From NCBI RefSeq assembly GCF_009914755.1, contig NC_060927.1: a DNA stretch of 64,000 nt. The stretch is one strand, 5' to 3'. Source of the DNA: the human T2T-CHM13v2.0 reference genome, Homo sapiens. This document shows, in pieces, positions 1 through 13,427 of the stretch. A program made the translations under genes and the position numbers. Each line of letters opens with the position of its first letter. Position 1 is the first letter of the stretch. The notes beneath the pieces are model-generated. The model ran no database searches. It saw nothing but the letters and a program-made list of their open reading frames with translations, and was not told where the DNA came from.

Positions 1-155
1 AATATGCACATGCCTTAACTGTATATAACATGAGCATCACTTCAAGTAGACAAAACACTATACACTTACATACAGTAACTTGGAGTTTTGTCTCATGTTT
101 CTGAACATTGTTATCATCTTCTCAACCTATTCATTCAACTTCTCTCAGTTCTCAC

Positions 156-573
156 TGTTAATCTAAGCAAGAGAGAGGCTCTCAAAACAAGAGGTATTTA
201 TTTGGGAACAGAGAATTGCAATAGGAATATGCATGGCATGGTAAACTATGCATGTATTCAGGCAGGGAAAGGAAGACAAAGATTTTTAAAGAAAAAATGA
301 GAAAGATTATATAATTGTTCTGAAATAATTATCTTTGGCTACGAATATCAATAACAAGAGTGAGAACAGTCAGGTTGGACAGGCAGTTGCTGGGCAGATG
401 TCTTCACAGATGTAGTTTTCATGAAATGGCCTTTGTGCAAGGTTGTGGTTTTTGTAATCTTTTGTGACAGTTTCTGTTATAGACATACATGCATGAAAAC
501 CCTCACTTCATGACTTTCCCCAGCTTTGTTAGAGTTTTCTTAACTGACTCCATTTTGATTCTGAAAACTTTCA
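156..573 (-). mobile_element. ERV1-class solo LTR (MER67-like)
   Basis: TG...CA termini; the minus strand begins TGAAAGTTTTCAGAATCAAAATGGAGTCA. Family recalled from memory. Confidence 0.55.
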
Positions 574-1139
574 TACCACATTCCTCTTCAGCCTGGCAAT
601 TTCTTACCTCTAGCAAGGTTATTCATTCTTTGTGAATGTTCCAATTATTTCCAGGATACTAGAAAACAAATTACAGTAGGCAAACATAATTACTATGAAT
701 AAACTCTTTAGGAAAGCAATAGGATGTTCTATATCCAGAATCAAAATTATGTTTGCCCATCATATTTACATCAAGCTAAATCATGTTTACCTTTTACCTA
801 TCAAATTCCATGTCTGGGAATTTATTGTGAGAAAATAATTCAAGAGAAGGAAAGGAAGTAATAGGCATGAAGATATGTTATTCAGTTAGATTTTCATATC
901 TCTGTAGCAATTTGAAAATTATTTTCTCTCTAATGTAAAATTTTTTTAATCTAAAACTATGTCTGCACTCATCACATAACAGAAACTACACAAAAATTAT
1001 GTATGCAAGGTAAAAGGAAATAACAAAGAACATTGTTTTGGGCCATCTTCTCTCAACGGTAGCTTTATTATCTTAGACAAGAACTTCATCCCTCTAAGAC
1101 CCAGTTTTCTCACCTGTAATATGAATATAATAATAATCA

Positions 1140-1300
1140 ATATCCATTAAGCATTTTCTATGTGCCAGGCACTGTGTGTGCTAAATGCTTTACAGCCCTT
1201 GCCTCATTTAATCCTTCAGTGATCCTGTAAACTACTGTTATCTTCTTTTTCCAGATATGGAAATTGAAGCTCAGAGACATGAAGTGACATATCCAAGATC
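1140..1300. mobile_element. MIR SINE fragment
   Basis: MIR-like TATGTGCCAGGCACTGTG...CTCATTTAATCCT...GAAATTGAAGCTCAGAGA. Confidence 0.65.
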
Positions 1301-1460
1301 ACATAATAAAGAGGAGAGATGGAGAGACGGGAATTGTTTTTTTATTGTTGTTGTTTTTTGGTTTTTGGTTTTTTTTCCTGTTAAAAGCACTTCCCATAAG
1401 AGATGGCATTTGATTTCTTCCCAGATGATCTGTGAACCAGGGCTCATAATCACCTGGCTA

Positions 1461-1857
<397 letters not shown>

Positions 1858-1959
1858 TTATAGGTAACTGGGTAATTCAAAACACTAGGAATCAGGAGAG
1901 AGGATCCCAGAAGGTGCCCAGACGCAGAGGCAGACCAGAAGTTTGGGACCCAGAGAAGA

Positions 1960-2190
1960 ATAATGATAATTAATTTATATTAAGTGCTGACTATGTACTA
2001 GACACTGTTCTCATTGTTAACTCATTTAATACTTGTAACAACTCTATGAAGTAGGCAGTATTATTCTCATTTTATAAGTCAGAAAACTAAAGCACAGACA
2101 GACTAAGAAACTTGCATGAGATTACATAGTTCATGCAATAAGCTATGTCTGGGAGAAAAATCCTAGGCAATCATGGCTCTAGAGCTCACC
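1960..2190. mobile_element. MIR SINE fragment
   Basis: MIR core-like CTCATTTAATACTTGTAACAACTCTATGAAGTAGG. Confidence 0.6.
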
Positions 2191-2348
2191 TGCTTTGTCA
2201 CTTTGCTTTAGCTGACTCTGAAAGATTGCACCAACATTCTGCCCCACAATGTGGTCATTTCATAACTCTTTAAAGATTGTGGGTGAATATTTTCCTGCAT
2301 TTCTTTGGAAGGTCAATGAATGTTGCCACCATAGTGTTTATACGATAT

Positions 2349-2640
2349 CTTTTTTTTTTTTTTTTTGAGATGGAGTTGCTCTTGTCAACTAGGTTGAGTG
2401 CAGTGGTGTGATCTCGGCTCACTGCAACCTCCGCCTCCTGGGTTCAGGTGATTCTCCTGTCTCAGCCTCCTGAGTAGCCAGGATTACAGGTGCCCGCCAC
2501 CACACCCAGCTAAGTTTTGTACTTTTAGTAGAGATGGGGTTTCGCCATGTTGGCCAGGCTGACCTCCTGACCTCAGGTGATCTGTCCGCCTCGGCCTCCC
2601 AAAGTGCTGGGATTACAGGTGTGAGCCACTGTGTCCGGCC
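2349..2640 (-). mobile_element. AluS
   Basis: Poly(T) followed by a reverse-complement Alu ending in CCGGCC. Confidence 0.94.
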
Positions 2641-2702
2641 TGATTTCTTTGAAGAATAAACAAGTTTTAATGAGCAAAGGACTTGAACAGACATTTCTCC
2701 AA

Positions 2703-2733
<31 letters not shown>

Positions 2734-3045
2734 CATATATACAAATGGCCAATAATCACATGAGAAGATGCCCAATGTTACTAATCATTAGGAAAATGCA
2801 AATCAAAATCACCATGAGATACCACCTCACACACATTAGGATATCTATTATTTAAAAGGAAATGCCAAGAGTTGGTGAACATGTGGAAAAATTGGAACTT
2901 TGTGTGCATTGCTGGTGGGAATGTAAAATGTTACAGCCACTGTAGAAAACAGTATGCTAGTTTTTCACCAAAATTAAACATAGAAGTACTATATAATCTG
3001 GCAATTCTATTATGGGGTATATATCAAAAAATATGAAAGCAGGAA

Positions 3046-3340
3046 TTTTTTTTCCTTTTTTTATTTTCCAATACAGGGTCTTGCTTGTTGCTTAGGCTGG
3101 AGTGCAGTGGGACCATCACGGCTGACTGCAGCCTCCACTTCCTGGGCTCAAGCAGTCCTTCTACTTCAGACTCCTGAGTAGCTGGGACCACAAGTGTGAG
3201 CCACCACAACCAGCTAGTTTTTTATATTTTGTAGAAACAAGGTCTAACTATGTTGATCAGACTGGTCTTGAACGCCTGCACTCAAGCAATCCTCCTCCCT
3301 CAGCCATCTGGGATTACAGGTGTGAGCCACAATGCCTGGC
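3046..3340 (-). mobile_element. AluJ
   Basis: Diverged reverse Alu with J-type features (CTGCAGCCTC...CCTGGGCTCAAGC). Confidence 0.88.
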
Positions 3341-3445
3341 TTTTTTTAAACAACACCCTCTTGTGCAGGAAAGCAAGTACTTGAATAAATACAGGTACAC
3401 TATGTTCATATCAGCGTTATCACAATAAAGGTGGAAGCAACCTAA

Positions 3446-3809
3446 TATGGGCTGAATCCTCCCAACAAAATTCATATGTTGAAGTCCTAACACCCAGTTC
3501 TTCAAAATGTGGCTGTATTTGGAGATAAAGGAATAATTAAGGCTAAGTGAGATTATTAGGGTAGCCCTAATTCAATATGACTAGTGTTCTTATGAGAAGA
3601 GGAAATTAGAACAGACACACAGGGGGAAACCTGTGAAGACACGGAAAAGTTGGCCATCAACAAGCCAAAGAGAAAGGCCTATAAGAAATGAATCCTGTGA
3701 CACAGATCTGGGACTTCCAATCTCCAGAATTGTGAGAAAACAAATTTCTGTTATTTAAGCCACCCACTCTGTGATACTTTGTTATGACAACCCAAGCAAA
3801 GTAAGGCAT
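3446..3809 (+). mobile_element. MaLR LTR (MLT1-type)
   Basis: TATGGGCTGAAT...AAATTCATATGTTGAAGTCCTAAC...AATTTCTGTTATTTAAGCCACCCA...TTGTTATG. Confidence 0.82.
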
Positions 3810-4073
3810 AACTCAAGTGTCCATTGACAGATGAATAGATAAACAAAAAAGTGGTATATATGTACAATGGAGCATTCTTCAGCCTTATAAAGGACATTCT
3901 GATACATGCTACCACATGGATGGACCTTGAAGACATTGGGCTAAGTGAAATAAGCCACTCACAAAAGGACAAATATTTTATGATTCTACTTATATAAGGT
4001 ACCTAGAGTAGTCAAATCCACGGAAACAAAGTAGAATGGTGGTTACCAGGGCCCAGGGGAAAGGGGACATACA

Positions 4074-4175
4074 GGTGCGCGCCTGTAGTCCCGTGCGCCG
4101 AGATCGCACCACTGCACTTCAGCTTGGGTGACAGAGCGAGACCCTGTCTCAAAAATAAATAAATAAATAAAATAA
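4074..4175 (+). mobile_element. Internally deleted Alu right-arm/monomer fragment
   Basis: GCCTGTAGTCCC joined directly to GTGCGCCGAGATCGCACCACTGCAC; (TAAA)n tail. Confidence 0.8.
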
Positions 4176-5806
4176 CCATATTAGGTTTCAATTAGGAAAA
4201 CATAAATCACTCTAGATATTTTAAACAAAGAGAAATTAATACCAGGAATTGGTTATAAAGGTGTTGGAAGGAGAAAAAGAAAAAAAGTCTCCAAAAGATT
4301 ACCAATTGCAGAAAGTGACTACTAACCCTGGGACTGAAGAAGAGGGAAAATTGTGTCATCCGGGGCCCAGAAACATTGTGCCTCTGAGGCTACCATACCC
4401 AGACGTCCGCCCCCGTTGGTGACAGCCTTTGCCTGTACAACCTCTTCTCTCCCCACCCTCCTCAAGAGTCCTCACCCCGACCCTGTGACTCCCAAAGGCA
4501 TTACCAGAAATGGGGAATAAATGGCTGCTTGCTTTCTCTCACTTTCCAGTCTCCTGCCAGTGCCTCCTGTTGGAAGATCCTAACAGAATAAGCTGAAAAG
4601 GATTCTGGGAAATGTAGTTTTCAGGCTTCCAGCCTAGGGGAGAATAGAAGGGCAGGCTGATTGAGGATAGACATTATCCAATCCATAGGCCTTTAAACAA
4701 AGTGATCAGGAAAAAAAAAAAAAAAGGAGCAGCAATGTGGGGGGAAAAAATGAAGTTTTAAAACTCACAGGATTACTGTGGACATTTATTACCTTCTATC
4801 CAGTCTTTGGTTGAACTGCCCATTACTAATCCATGGGATTATGTGGGGCTATATCACCTCCTATTCCACAGGGGTGGACAAACCACCCAAACACATCAAT
4901 CCCTGTTTCCTGTCCCCTTGAGCAGTGATTGGGTCACAGGCAGGTATGTGATCCAAGCAGGACTATTCACAGCCAGTTTTAGGAAATGCTGGGGGTAAAA
5001 AATATTTCTTACTTTAAGAGATCATGAGCCATAAGGATCCCGTAAGCCTGAAGCTGCTGGATCATATTCCTGCCATGGAAAGAGTGCCTAATTGGGAATA
5101 TAATGTCAGCTTTTTTAGCCACTGTGTCAACTATGGGTTAGTGTTGGACCTCAAATAAATTTAAAACCCTGAAACAGCTGCTTCTGCTTCTCTCTAAAAT
5201 TTTATCTTCAAAGCTTTCTCATGTGAAATGTTGCTAATGCAGTTCTCCTCACTCTCACCCGACACAGTGGAATTTTTCTTCACCCTAAATGCAGATTTAA
5301 CAAGTTCAGTGATTTCCTTGTATAACCTTCTAGAGTTTCACTCAAGAGCTCCCCTCACAATATGGGTCCCTGTACTGTGACCCTATAATTATGTGCCTTG
5401 GGAACATCTGTAAATAATTACTTTGGATGGGGTCCAAGCAACTTTCTGCTGAGTTCAGTTGTATACAGAAAGGTGTCTCTGTGACCTGCCAGTATGTTTG
5501 TTTCCTTAGCTGCTTAGTGATAACAGGGGTCACCAAAGCCTAAACAAACCGAGAAACCACAGCCTCTCACCCAACCACTAGGTGAAAATTAGAACACCTT
5601 GTATGCAACCAAATATTGATGGAGTATCCTATGTCTGCAGTTATCGCTATGGTTTTATATAACTGGAACTCTTTCTGTTGCAGGTAACAAAAACCCAAAT
5701 CAACCCAGCTGAAGCACAAACGGGAATTTGTTATTTTTTGTAAATGAACATTTTAGGGAAATCCTCAAGTGTGATTAGATCCAGGTGGTCAACTGCCCCT
5801 AGCAGG

Positions 5807-5807
<1 letters not shown>

Positions 5808-5842
<35 letters not shown>

Positions 5843-5850
5843 CCTCTCTC
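5808..5850. repeat. (TC)n microsatellite
   Basis: Seen directly. Confidence 0.9.
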
Positions 5851-8800
5851 ATCTCTTAGAAGCCCCTATCTCCTTTATTACTGAGGTTACCATGTTGCAA
5901 TTCTGTTCAAGCATCTCAGGCAAACACAGTTCTGGTACTTGGTGAGAGCACATCTACAGAGTGATGTGCCATTCAGGAAGTTATTCTTCGAGCAAGAGGT
6001 GAAAAAAACTCAAAGGACATAGGTGGTGGCCTACCAAGGATGGAGCCATAGGAGCCATCTGCCTCAGCAGGAAGGAAACTTTTATCCAGTGCTTGATTGT
6101 TTAGAGTCACTTGCACTGATGATAATAAAGGGCAGGCTGACTTTTACTTAGGTTTATTATTTTTTAAAGTTACCTACAGACAATGCTCCCTTAATTTCTG
6201 CATTAAGTTCGTTGCTCCTACTACCCTGTCTTTGGCTGCACCACTATATATAGTAGTCCCTCCTCTCCCTCAGTACCCCTACTGGAAGAGATTATCAACA
6301 ACCACAGCTTCACCTACCACCTACTGGCTAGTGCTTCTGAATCTCTCTCTCTCTTCCTTGGTGGGATCATCCAGCTGCCTAAAGCACGTTTCCACTTAAA
6401 CATCCCACTGTGTCTGATACTGGACTCTACCTCGGCTTCTCCCACTGCAATTCAGATCTCAGAAGATGCATTTATATAACAAGCCATTAAAAGCTGTCAG
6501 GAATGTGTGAGATGCATCCTCATCTTTAAGACAAGTCACTAAGGGCCTCCCTCAAACTGCTCCTCTTGGGGGCTTCTCAGAGACAAGGCTCTCTGCTAAA
6601 CATTCTGTGGGGCTGACTCAATGTGACCTGACATTGACATCAAGTTATTTATTCACAAAACCCCTTTGCAAATATCCAAGACACATGGAGCTTAAGGTTT
6701 CCCCCACTGCTTCTCTGACAAGAAAAGGAACACAGCGCAAGTCACGTTCCTCACTTCTCGCCCTTTGTTCCTGCCCGGACTCCTGCCTTCCTGCGAATAC
6801 ATGATGTCCAGGCCTGGAAGATTCATTAAAGAATGCCTGCATAGCTTTCCTAGTGGCCTCCTATGTATAGCTGGGAGGCCCTGAGGCCCACCTGGGGCAG
6901 TTGAGGCAGGGCTTGGAGGTAAGGGAGCACCACGGTGTTCAATCATATCTGAAATCTATCTCCATCCTGACCCCTAGACACCAGAATTTCAAGAGAATTA
7001 TTTAGATTTGTTTCCACGATGCCCCACCTCCAACCCCCAACCCTGACAAAAGTGGTTTGTGCATGATATTAATTAAAATATCTCCCAAATGCCCAACCGT
7101 TTCTTTTATATTTACACACTCGCCTATTCTTTCCAACCACCCTTTGAGGGTTGGAAGTTATTTCCCCCACTTTAGAGAAGAGGAAATAAGTCTCAAATAG
7201 ATTCATAAGACTTGGATGAGATCCCACAGCTGGTGACTGGGGGAACCAGGACAGAAATGTGGATCTGGCACTCCAAGATCTCATGCTATCCTCATGGGCA
7301 AGGAGCACTGTCACCACCCTGCATGCGGCTACTCCATTCACAAACGCCTCCCACACTGGCCTGTCCCAGTAATCAAATTACCACCCCTGGAGAGCCATCG
7401 CTTTGAGTAACAGTTGCGTTATTATACACTGGCTTGTATAAATTCATTTATCAGATTACCTCCTGAGACTACAGAACCAGGGATGTGGGCCTCTTGCTGG
7501 GAAGAAAAGGAAGGCACAGGCAGCCAGCCCTGCATGGAAAGAGGAGGCTTGCAAGGAACGCCCCAATGAGGTCTGAGCCCCTTAGGGCATGGGAATTCCT
7601 GGAACAGTATAAGGACCAGCAACAAGACAGTATGTTTGCCTTCTGGCTTGTCTAGAATCTCTATCCTCAAAGAGAGTCAAAATTAGGTGCAGGCATCACC
7701 CCCTACCCCTGCTCTGTCTGCATTTACCTGCCTGCAATCTTAAGGCCAACTCTGCTCAGCAGAAGGACAAACTTAAGGAAGGACAAAAGAGATCATATAC
7801 GAGATTGTAACTTACACTGGTGTTCTTCCCTAAAGCCAATGGCCCATCTGATTCTGTCATGGTTCTAGAGAAGCATCAGTTCTAACCATGTTTTTGGCCA
7901 TTCATGTATTCATCTGTTTACTCAAACGACATTCCCTGAGCACTCCATGCTGGCTTCACCATCCACACCCTCCAGGCCATCACTGACTTCCCAGCTCCGG
8001 TTCCCTAGTGCTCAGCCAGCCCTAGCCTCTTCCTAAAATACCAAACTCCTTGGTTAACTTGACCATAGATTAAAGTTTCTTAACCTAGGACTCATTGACT
8101 CTTGGAAGCAATCAATGGAACATTTGCACATTTTTATTTATGACTATGAGGTTTTCTGGGAAACAGCACCTTCGTTGGTTTCATCAATTACCCACAAAGT
8201 GACCAATTGCTTAGGTCATTACCACAGCAGTGTTGCAATGTTATTCTTCTGAAGGGGCTTCCAAAAATACAGAATGTACTACAGAATGCAACCCTTCAAG
8301 TTTGCAATGATGGGTACTATAAAAGGAATGGGTGCACAAATGAACCAATCGTGTAGTTTTGACTTTATAATAAGTTCATTTTTAAAATGAGGATTAATTT
8401 TATTCACATTTGGTAACAAGAAGCTAGAGCTGTCAACACAGACATTTATACATGTCACAAAAACCCTAAAATAGCCCTTGTAGCCAGCCACTAGCTTCCA
8501 TAAAGCTGATGCCTTAATGGAACCATTCTTCCCTTATTGCAAAAATAGCCTCCACATTGATAAACATGTTGTCAACTGTGGCAAAGAAATGTAGGTTTGG
8601 GTTTTTTTTAAATAGTAATACTGCTGTTTTGTAGGAAGAACTGTTTACATTATATTTTCAGATTAATATTAGATTGGTATATTTTAAGTAGAATTTTGAA
8701 GGGTGAGAGCGGGTTTTCCTCTGTAGAAGTAAGATTAATTCACACTCTTTTAAAGAAATGAATCCAATCTGGTGTGATAGCTTTCCTGCTGTTTGCTAGC

Positions 8801-9974
8801 TGCATTGAGGGTTTTAGCAGTTAATTTGGAATCCCAACAAAATCATAGCAAGCAAAATAACATTCAACACTTTATATGCAGAGAAATTTGTGATATTATC
8901 TGTACTTAACTACTTTGCCCCTCTCCCTTCACTTTTCTTTCTTCCCTGATAATTTTCTGAGCTCAGAGCAGGGAATCTACTCTCAGCCAGCTTAAAATGC
9001 TTGATATCCTGAATAACCATAAAGTAATTATTGAGTGACTACTGTATGCCTTGAGTTGCACTGGGCTTTATTGGAGGTACTTTAGGAAAGGCAGTACTTC
9101 TCTCTAGGGAATTGGTGCCACATATGAGATAAATAGAAAGCAATGTAATTTAATATCTAATTAAGTACTAAATTGTGAAGTGTTGACTCAAAGTGCTATT
9201 CAAATTTAGAGAACAGAGATGGTTTGATTCTTGGGACAGATTTGAAGTAAAGGTAAAAATTAGGTTAGATCTTGAAAGAAGATGGTAGTGATAATACTAA
9301 AACCAGTACCATTAATAGAAAATAAAGTACCAATTTTTACAACCTACTATATGTCAGCAACCACTTTGTATGAGTAATCTCATTTAATCTTCAGAACTAC
9401 CCATTTCACAGATGAAGGAACAAGCTCAGAGAGGTTAACAACCTTCGCCAGTGAGGAATCAGGTTTGTCTGCAACCTAAACACATCATGTTCTTTCCAGC
9501 ACACTCCACATACCACCTCCCCAAGATGTGGACAACAGCACTCTTCCTCTTCTCTTAATGAAAATTGTCTTTTAATGATTTGGAATTGTAAAACTAAATA
9601 AAATTCAAGAAGAGCCATCCCCTGGCTGCACCTAGACTGTCAAATGGTAGACTTGGTTTCTTAGCTGACTTGGGGAAGCTTTGGTCATTCATTTGGTTCA
9701 AAGTGTGCCCTAAATCCCTGAAGGAGTGGAGTGAGAAGTAGGGGACTAGAAAGAAAACTAGGAACTAGAAACTAAAGTTGGGAGGCCAAAAGGAAAGTCC
9801 TCACTCCCAAAGTAGGAGGAGGCAAGCAAATGTTTAGCTTTCTAAGAGACTTGACCTTATGCTAAGGAACTCCAGGTAAAGAAAAGGGACCCCAATGAAG
9901 TCACATGGATGCCTGGGAAGCCAAGTCTACATGCTGTTATACCTAGAATCACAGGTCATGCAATTTAGTTTCAC

Positions 9975-10661
9975 TGTAGGGTATGTGATACCCAGCCTCC
10001 AAGATGGCCCCAGTGACCCCACTTCCTGGATTCAGACTTTTAGGTTATAAAAGACTTCTAAGGCTCTTCTCTGTCTCTCTCTGTCCCTCTCTCTGTATCT
10101 CTCTCTTTCTCTCTCTCCCCTCCCCTCCCTTTCCCTCTTCTCTTCTTCTCTTCTCTTTTCTCTTCTCTTCTCTCTTCTCTTCTCTCTCTCTCTCCCCTCC
10201 CCTGCCTTTTCCTCTTCTCTTCTCTTCTCTTTCTTTCTCTCTCTCTTCCCTCCCCTCCCTTTCCCTCTTCACTTTTCTTTCTCTCTCTCCCCTCCCCTCC
10301 CTTTCCCTCTCCTCTTCTCTTCTCTTTCCTCTCCTCTCCTCTCCTTTCTCTCTCTCTCATCTCTCACATTAGCAGAAGCCAGTTACCATGTTATGAGCAG
10401 CCCTATGGAGAAGCCATGTGGTAAGAAACTGAAGCTTCTCAACAACCACATGTGGGAGCTTGGAAGCAGATTCTGCAACCTGAGTTAATCCTTAAGACAA
10501 CTGGCCCAGGTTACACCTTGAATGCAACCTCATGAGAGATCCTGAGCCAGAACAACCCAGCTAAGGTGTGCCTGGATTTCTGACTTCAGAAATAATAGAG
10601 ATAATAAGTATTTGTTGTGTTAAGCTGCTAAATTTTTTATTAGATCTTAGTAAGCTAATAC
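9975..10661 (+). mobile_element. MaLR LTR (MLT1E/F-like) containing an expanded CT tract
   Basis: CAGCCTCCAAGATGGCCCC start; GAGATCCTGAGCCAGAACAACCCAGCTAAG; ends GCTAATACA. Confidence 0.75.
10064..10365. repeat. ~300-bp polypyrimidine low-complexity repeat
   Basis: Almost pure C/T with CTCTT and CCCCT units. Confidence 0.95.
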
Positions 10662-12455
10662 AGGGTAGGATGGGCCTTAACAATCAGATAGGAGAGCTGC
10701 TCTTGACAAATATAGCTCAATGGAAGAAAATGAGCTCTGTGAGTCTCTTTCTCATGCTCCTGTTTCATGCTTCTATAGAGGCTATTCCTTCTGTCTGGGG
10801 CATCTTCCTCTACCTGTCTACCTGTCTGCCTTGCAGGTGTGGCCTCAAATATTACATCCTATAGAAGTCTCCTCTGATCTCTCCTCAGCTGGATAGTTCC
10901 TCTGTCTTCTAGGATCCCTCTGCTTCTCCCCACACCAGGCTTTCTTTTATCACAGCCACGATTTGTTAGGACTCATTTACCTGTCTGTCCACCCCACAAA
11001 AATGTGAGCAACATGAGGGCAGGGCTAATCCCAGCATCTAGCTAGATACCTGGCATGTAGTGGGTGCCCAGAAAAGTATGGGTGGATTTCCAGGAGCTCA
11101 GAGCCAAGGAAAGAACCTGGAGAAGAAAAGCAACTGCAAAGCAAAGGATGACTGGCTTGAAGAGTAAGAAGAGGATTTTGGGGCTACACAGAAAAGGAAC
11201 TTCCCCTCAGAAAAGCCACGGTCCAGCACGGGGGTCAAGGCACACAGGCCACCTGCCTCAGGACAGAAACACAATTCACACTGGGCTGAGGAGGGTGACT
11301 TGGGGCCCATAGCTAGACATGAGATCAGAAATTAGCTCTGGACAAGACGCAGCACCCAGCCAGGCCTTGATGTTATGCCAACCCAATCGACCTTGACCTA
11401 AAAGCCAAGCTATATTTAATTAGGAGCCAGACAGAGCTGCCATCAGGGAAAGGAGCCCAGGGCCAGGTGTGTGATCAGCAGGGTCAGCTAGTCTAACCTG
11501 GGACTAGGCTTTGGTTAATCATAAACTAGGTTTCTAGAAGACGCTCAGGTGTAAGGCAAGGGTGGAGGGGATCAGCATGCAGGCGTTTTCCATTTGTTTC
11601 CTTTTTAAGATTTAATTTGGGAAAACTTGGTTCAAACTCAGAGAAAAAGGATATTTTTCACATCTTCATCAAGACACATGGAGAGGGAAGGAGAGGATTG
11701 AAATTATCTTGGATTCCAGTACCTCCGTATTTAACCTGGAACTGCACAAATACCCTAAAAAATCCAGGTATGTCAGGTCATTATCACCAACAGCAGCCGC
11801 AGCAGCAGAACACTAGTAGTCCGAAATCAAAGTTTGATGGTGAGTTTATTATGGTTGCATCTCTTAGTCCCAGGTAGGGAGACTGTCCAAATGGGATATG
11901 CTCTGTTATTATCAATCACTTCCTCCAGCAAGTCAACCCCCACACGATTAACCCAGCCCAACTCCAATCACCACCTTCAAACCTCAGAACTTATGTACAT
12001 TTATATCCCTCACCAGGCTCTGTTTTGAGAAAATGGGTTTGTATTTACACTCTGTTTTAGCTAGAGAACTTTAGGAACAAGAGAAACCCAGTTGTAAATG
12101 TTTTCCTGTTTGCCACTTGTTTTTACTTTGCACATGGTATTTTTTTGCCATTCAGAAAATTTTCATTTCTATTATCAGATTAATTAATCTTTTCTTTTAT
12201 GCTATCTAGGTTTTGTGCCATGTTTAAACATGCCTTCCTCATCCTAAAGTTATATATTTTTTAGAGTCTCACATGTTTTCTTCTAAATTTTTTATGGTTT
12301 CATTTTTTAAATCAACTTTATTGAGGTATAAATTACATACGATAAAATGCACCTGTTTCAAGTATACACTCCAGTGAGTTTTGACAAATATATACAGCCA
12401 AGTAATGCATTATAAGTAAGAGCAGTCCCATCCCCTTAACAAGTCTCCATCCGTT

Positions 12456-12752
12456 GCCGGGCGCGGTGGCTCACACCTGTAATCCCAGCACTTTGGGAGG
12501 CTGAGGCAGGTGGATCACTTGAGGTCTGGTGCTTGAGACCAGCCTGACCAACATGGTGAAATCCTGTCTCTACTAAAAATACAAACATTAGCTGGGTGTG
12601 GTGGCAAGTGTCTGTAATCCCAGCTACTCGGGAGGCTGAGGTAGGAGAATCACTTGAACCTGGAGGCAGAGGTTGCAGTGAGCCAAGATCGCGCCATTGC
12701 ACTCCAGCCAGGGTGACAAGAGCAAAACTCCAACTCAAAAAAAAAAAAAAAA
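12456..12752 (+). mobile_element. AluS
   Basis: Full dimer with poly(A); TSD AACAAGTCTCCA at 12438-12449 and 12751-12762. Confidence 0.95.
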
Positions 12753-13427
12753 CAAGTCTCCAACCCTTTATACTCAATCACCACCCCACCCTCACTCCTA
12801 GGCAACCATGGATCTGCTTTCTTTCCTTTTAGATTCGTTTCGCTTGTTCTAGAATGTCATGCAGAATTGTACAGTATGTGTTTTGTATCCAGCTTCCTTC
12901 ACTAAACCTAATGTCTGTGAGGTTCATCTATGTTATTATGTGTATCATCTTTCTTTTTTATTGTTGAGTAGTATTTCATTGTATGGATAAACCACAATTT
13001 ACTTGTCCCTTCACTTGTTGGATATTTTCTAGTTTTGGATTATTATGAATAAATCTGCTTGGCTTCACTTCGTTTTGTTTCTTTATTTTCTGATGGCTTA
13101 CTTTTTTAAAATACTTTATTTTTCAGAGCAGTTTTAGGTTCACAGCATAACTGATGAGAAAGTACAGAGTTCCCACATACGTCCCGCTGCCACATGTGCA
13201 TAGCCTACCCCATGATCAACATTCCTCCTGCACCACAGTTGCATATTTGTTAAAATCTGTGAACCTTTAGTGACATGTCATTGTCAATTCAAAGTTCATA
13301 GTTTGCATTGGGGTTTAGTCTTGGTGTTGTACACTCTATGGATTTTGACAAATATATAATGACATGTATCCACCATTATAGATTCATAGAGAATAGTTTC
13401 ACTGCCTTAAAAATCCTCTCTGCTCCA

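Larger units (their letters stand above)
2668..4065 (+). mobile_element. Old L1M 3' fragment interrupted by an AluJ and an MLT1 LTR
   Basis: L1 ORF2 end and 3'UTR motifs (GAAAATGCAAATCAAAATCACCATGAGATACCA; GTCCATTGACAGATGAATAGATAAAC). Confidence 0.8.

Noticed and set aside
4605-4621. Reverse ZNF143-like motif CTGGGAAATGTAGTTTT
   Set aside because: Appears to lie in old LTR-like sequence where this motif is common; no other support.
10004-10372. ORFs of 75-122 aa rich in S/L/P/F or R/E/K/G
   Set aside because: Translations of the CT low-complexity tract, which lacks stop codons by composition.
11788-11808. CAG/polyQ-like run in an 86-aa ORF
   Set aside because: Only about 7 interrupted triplets, with no exon evidence.
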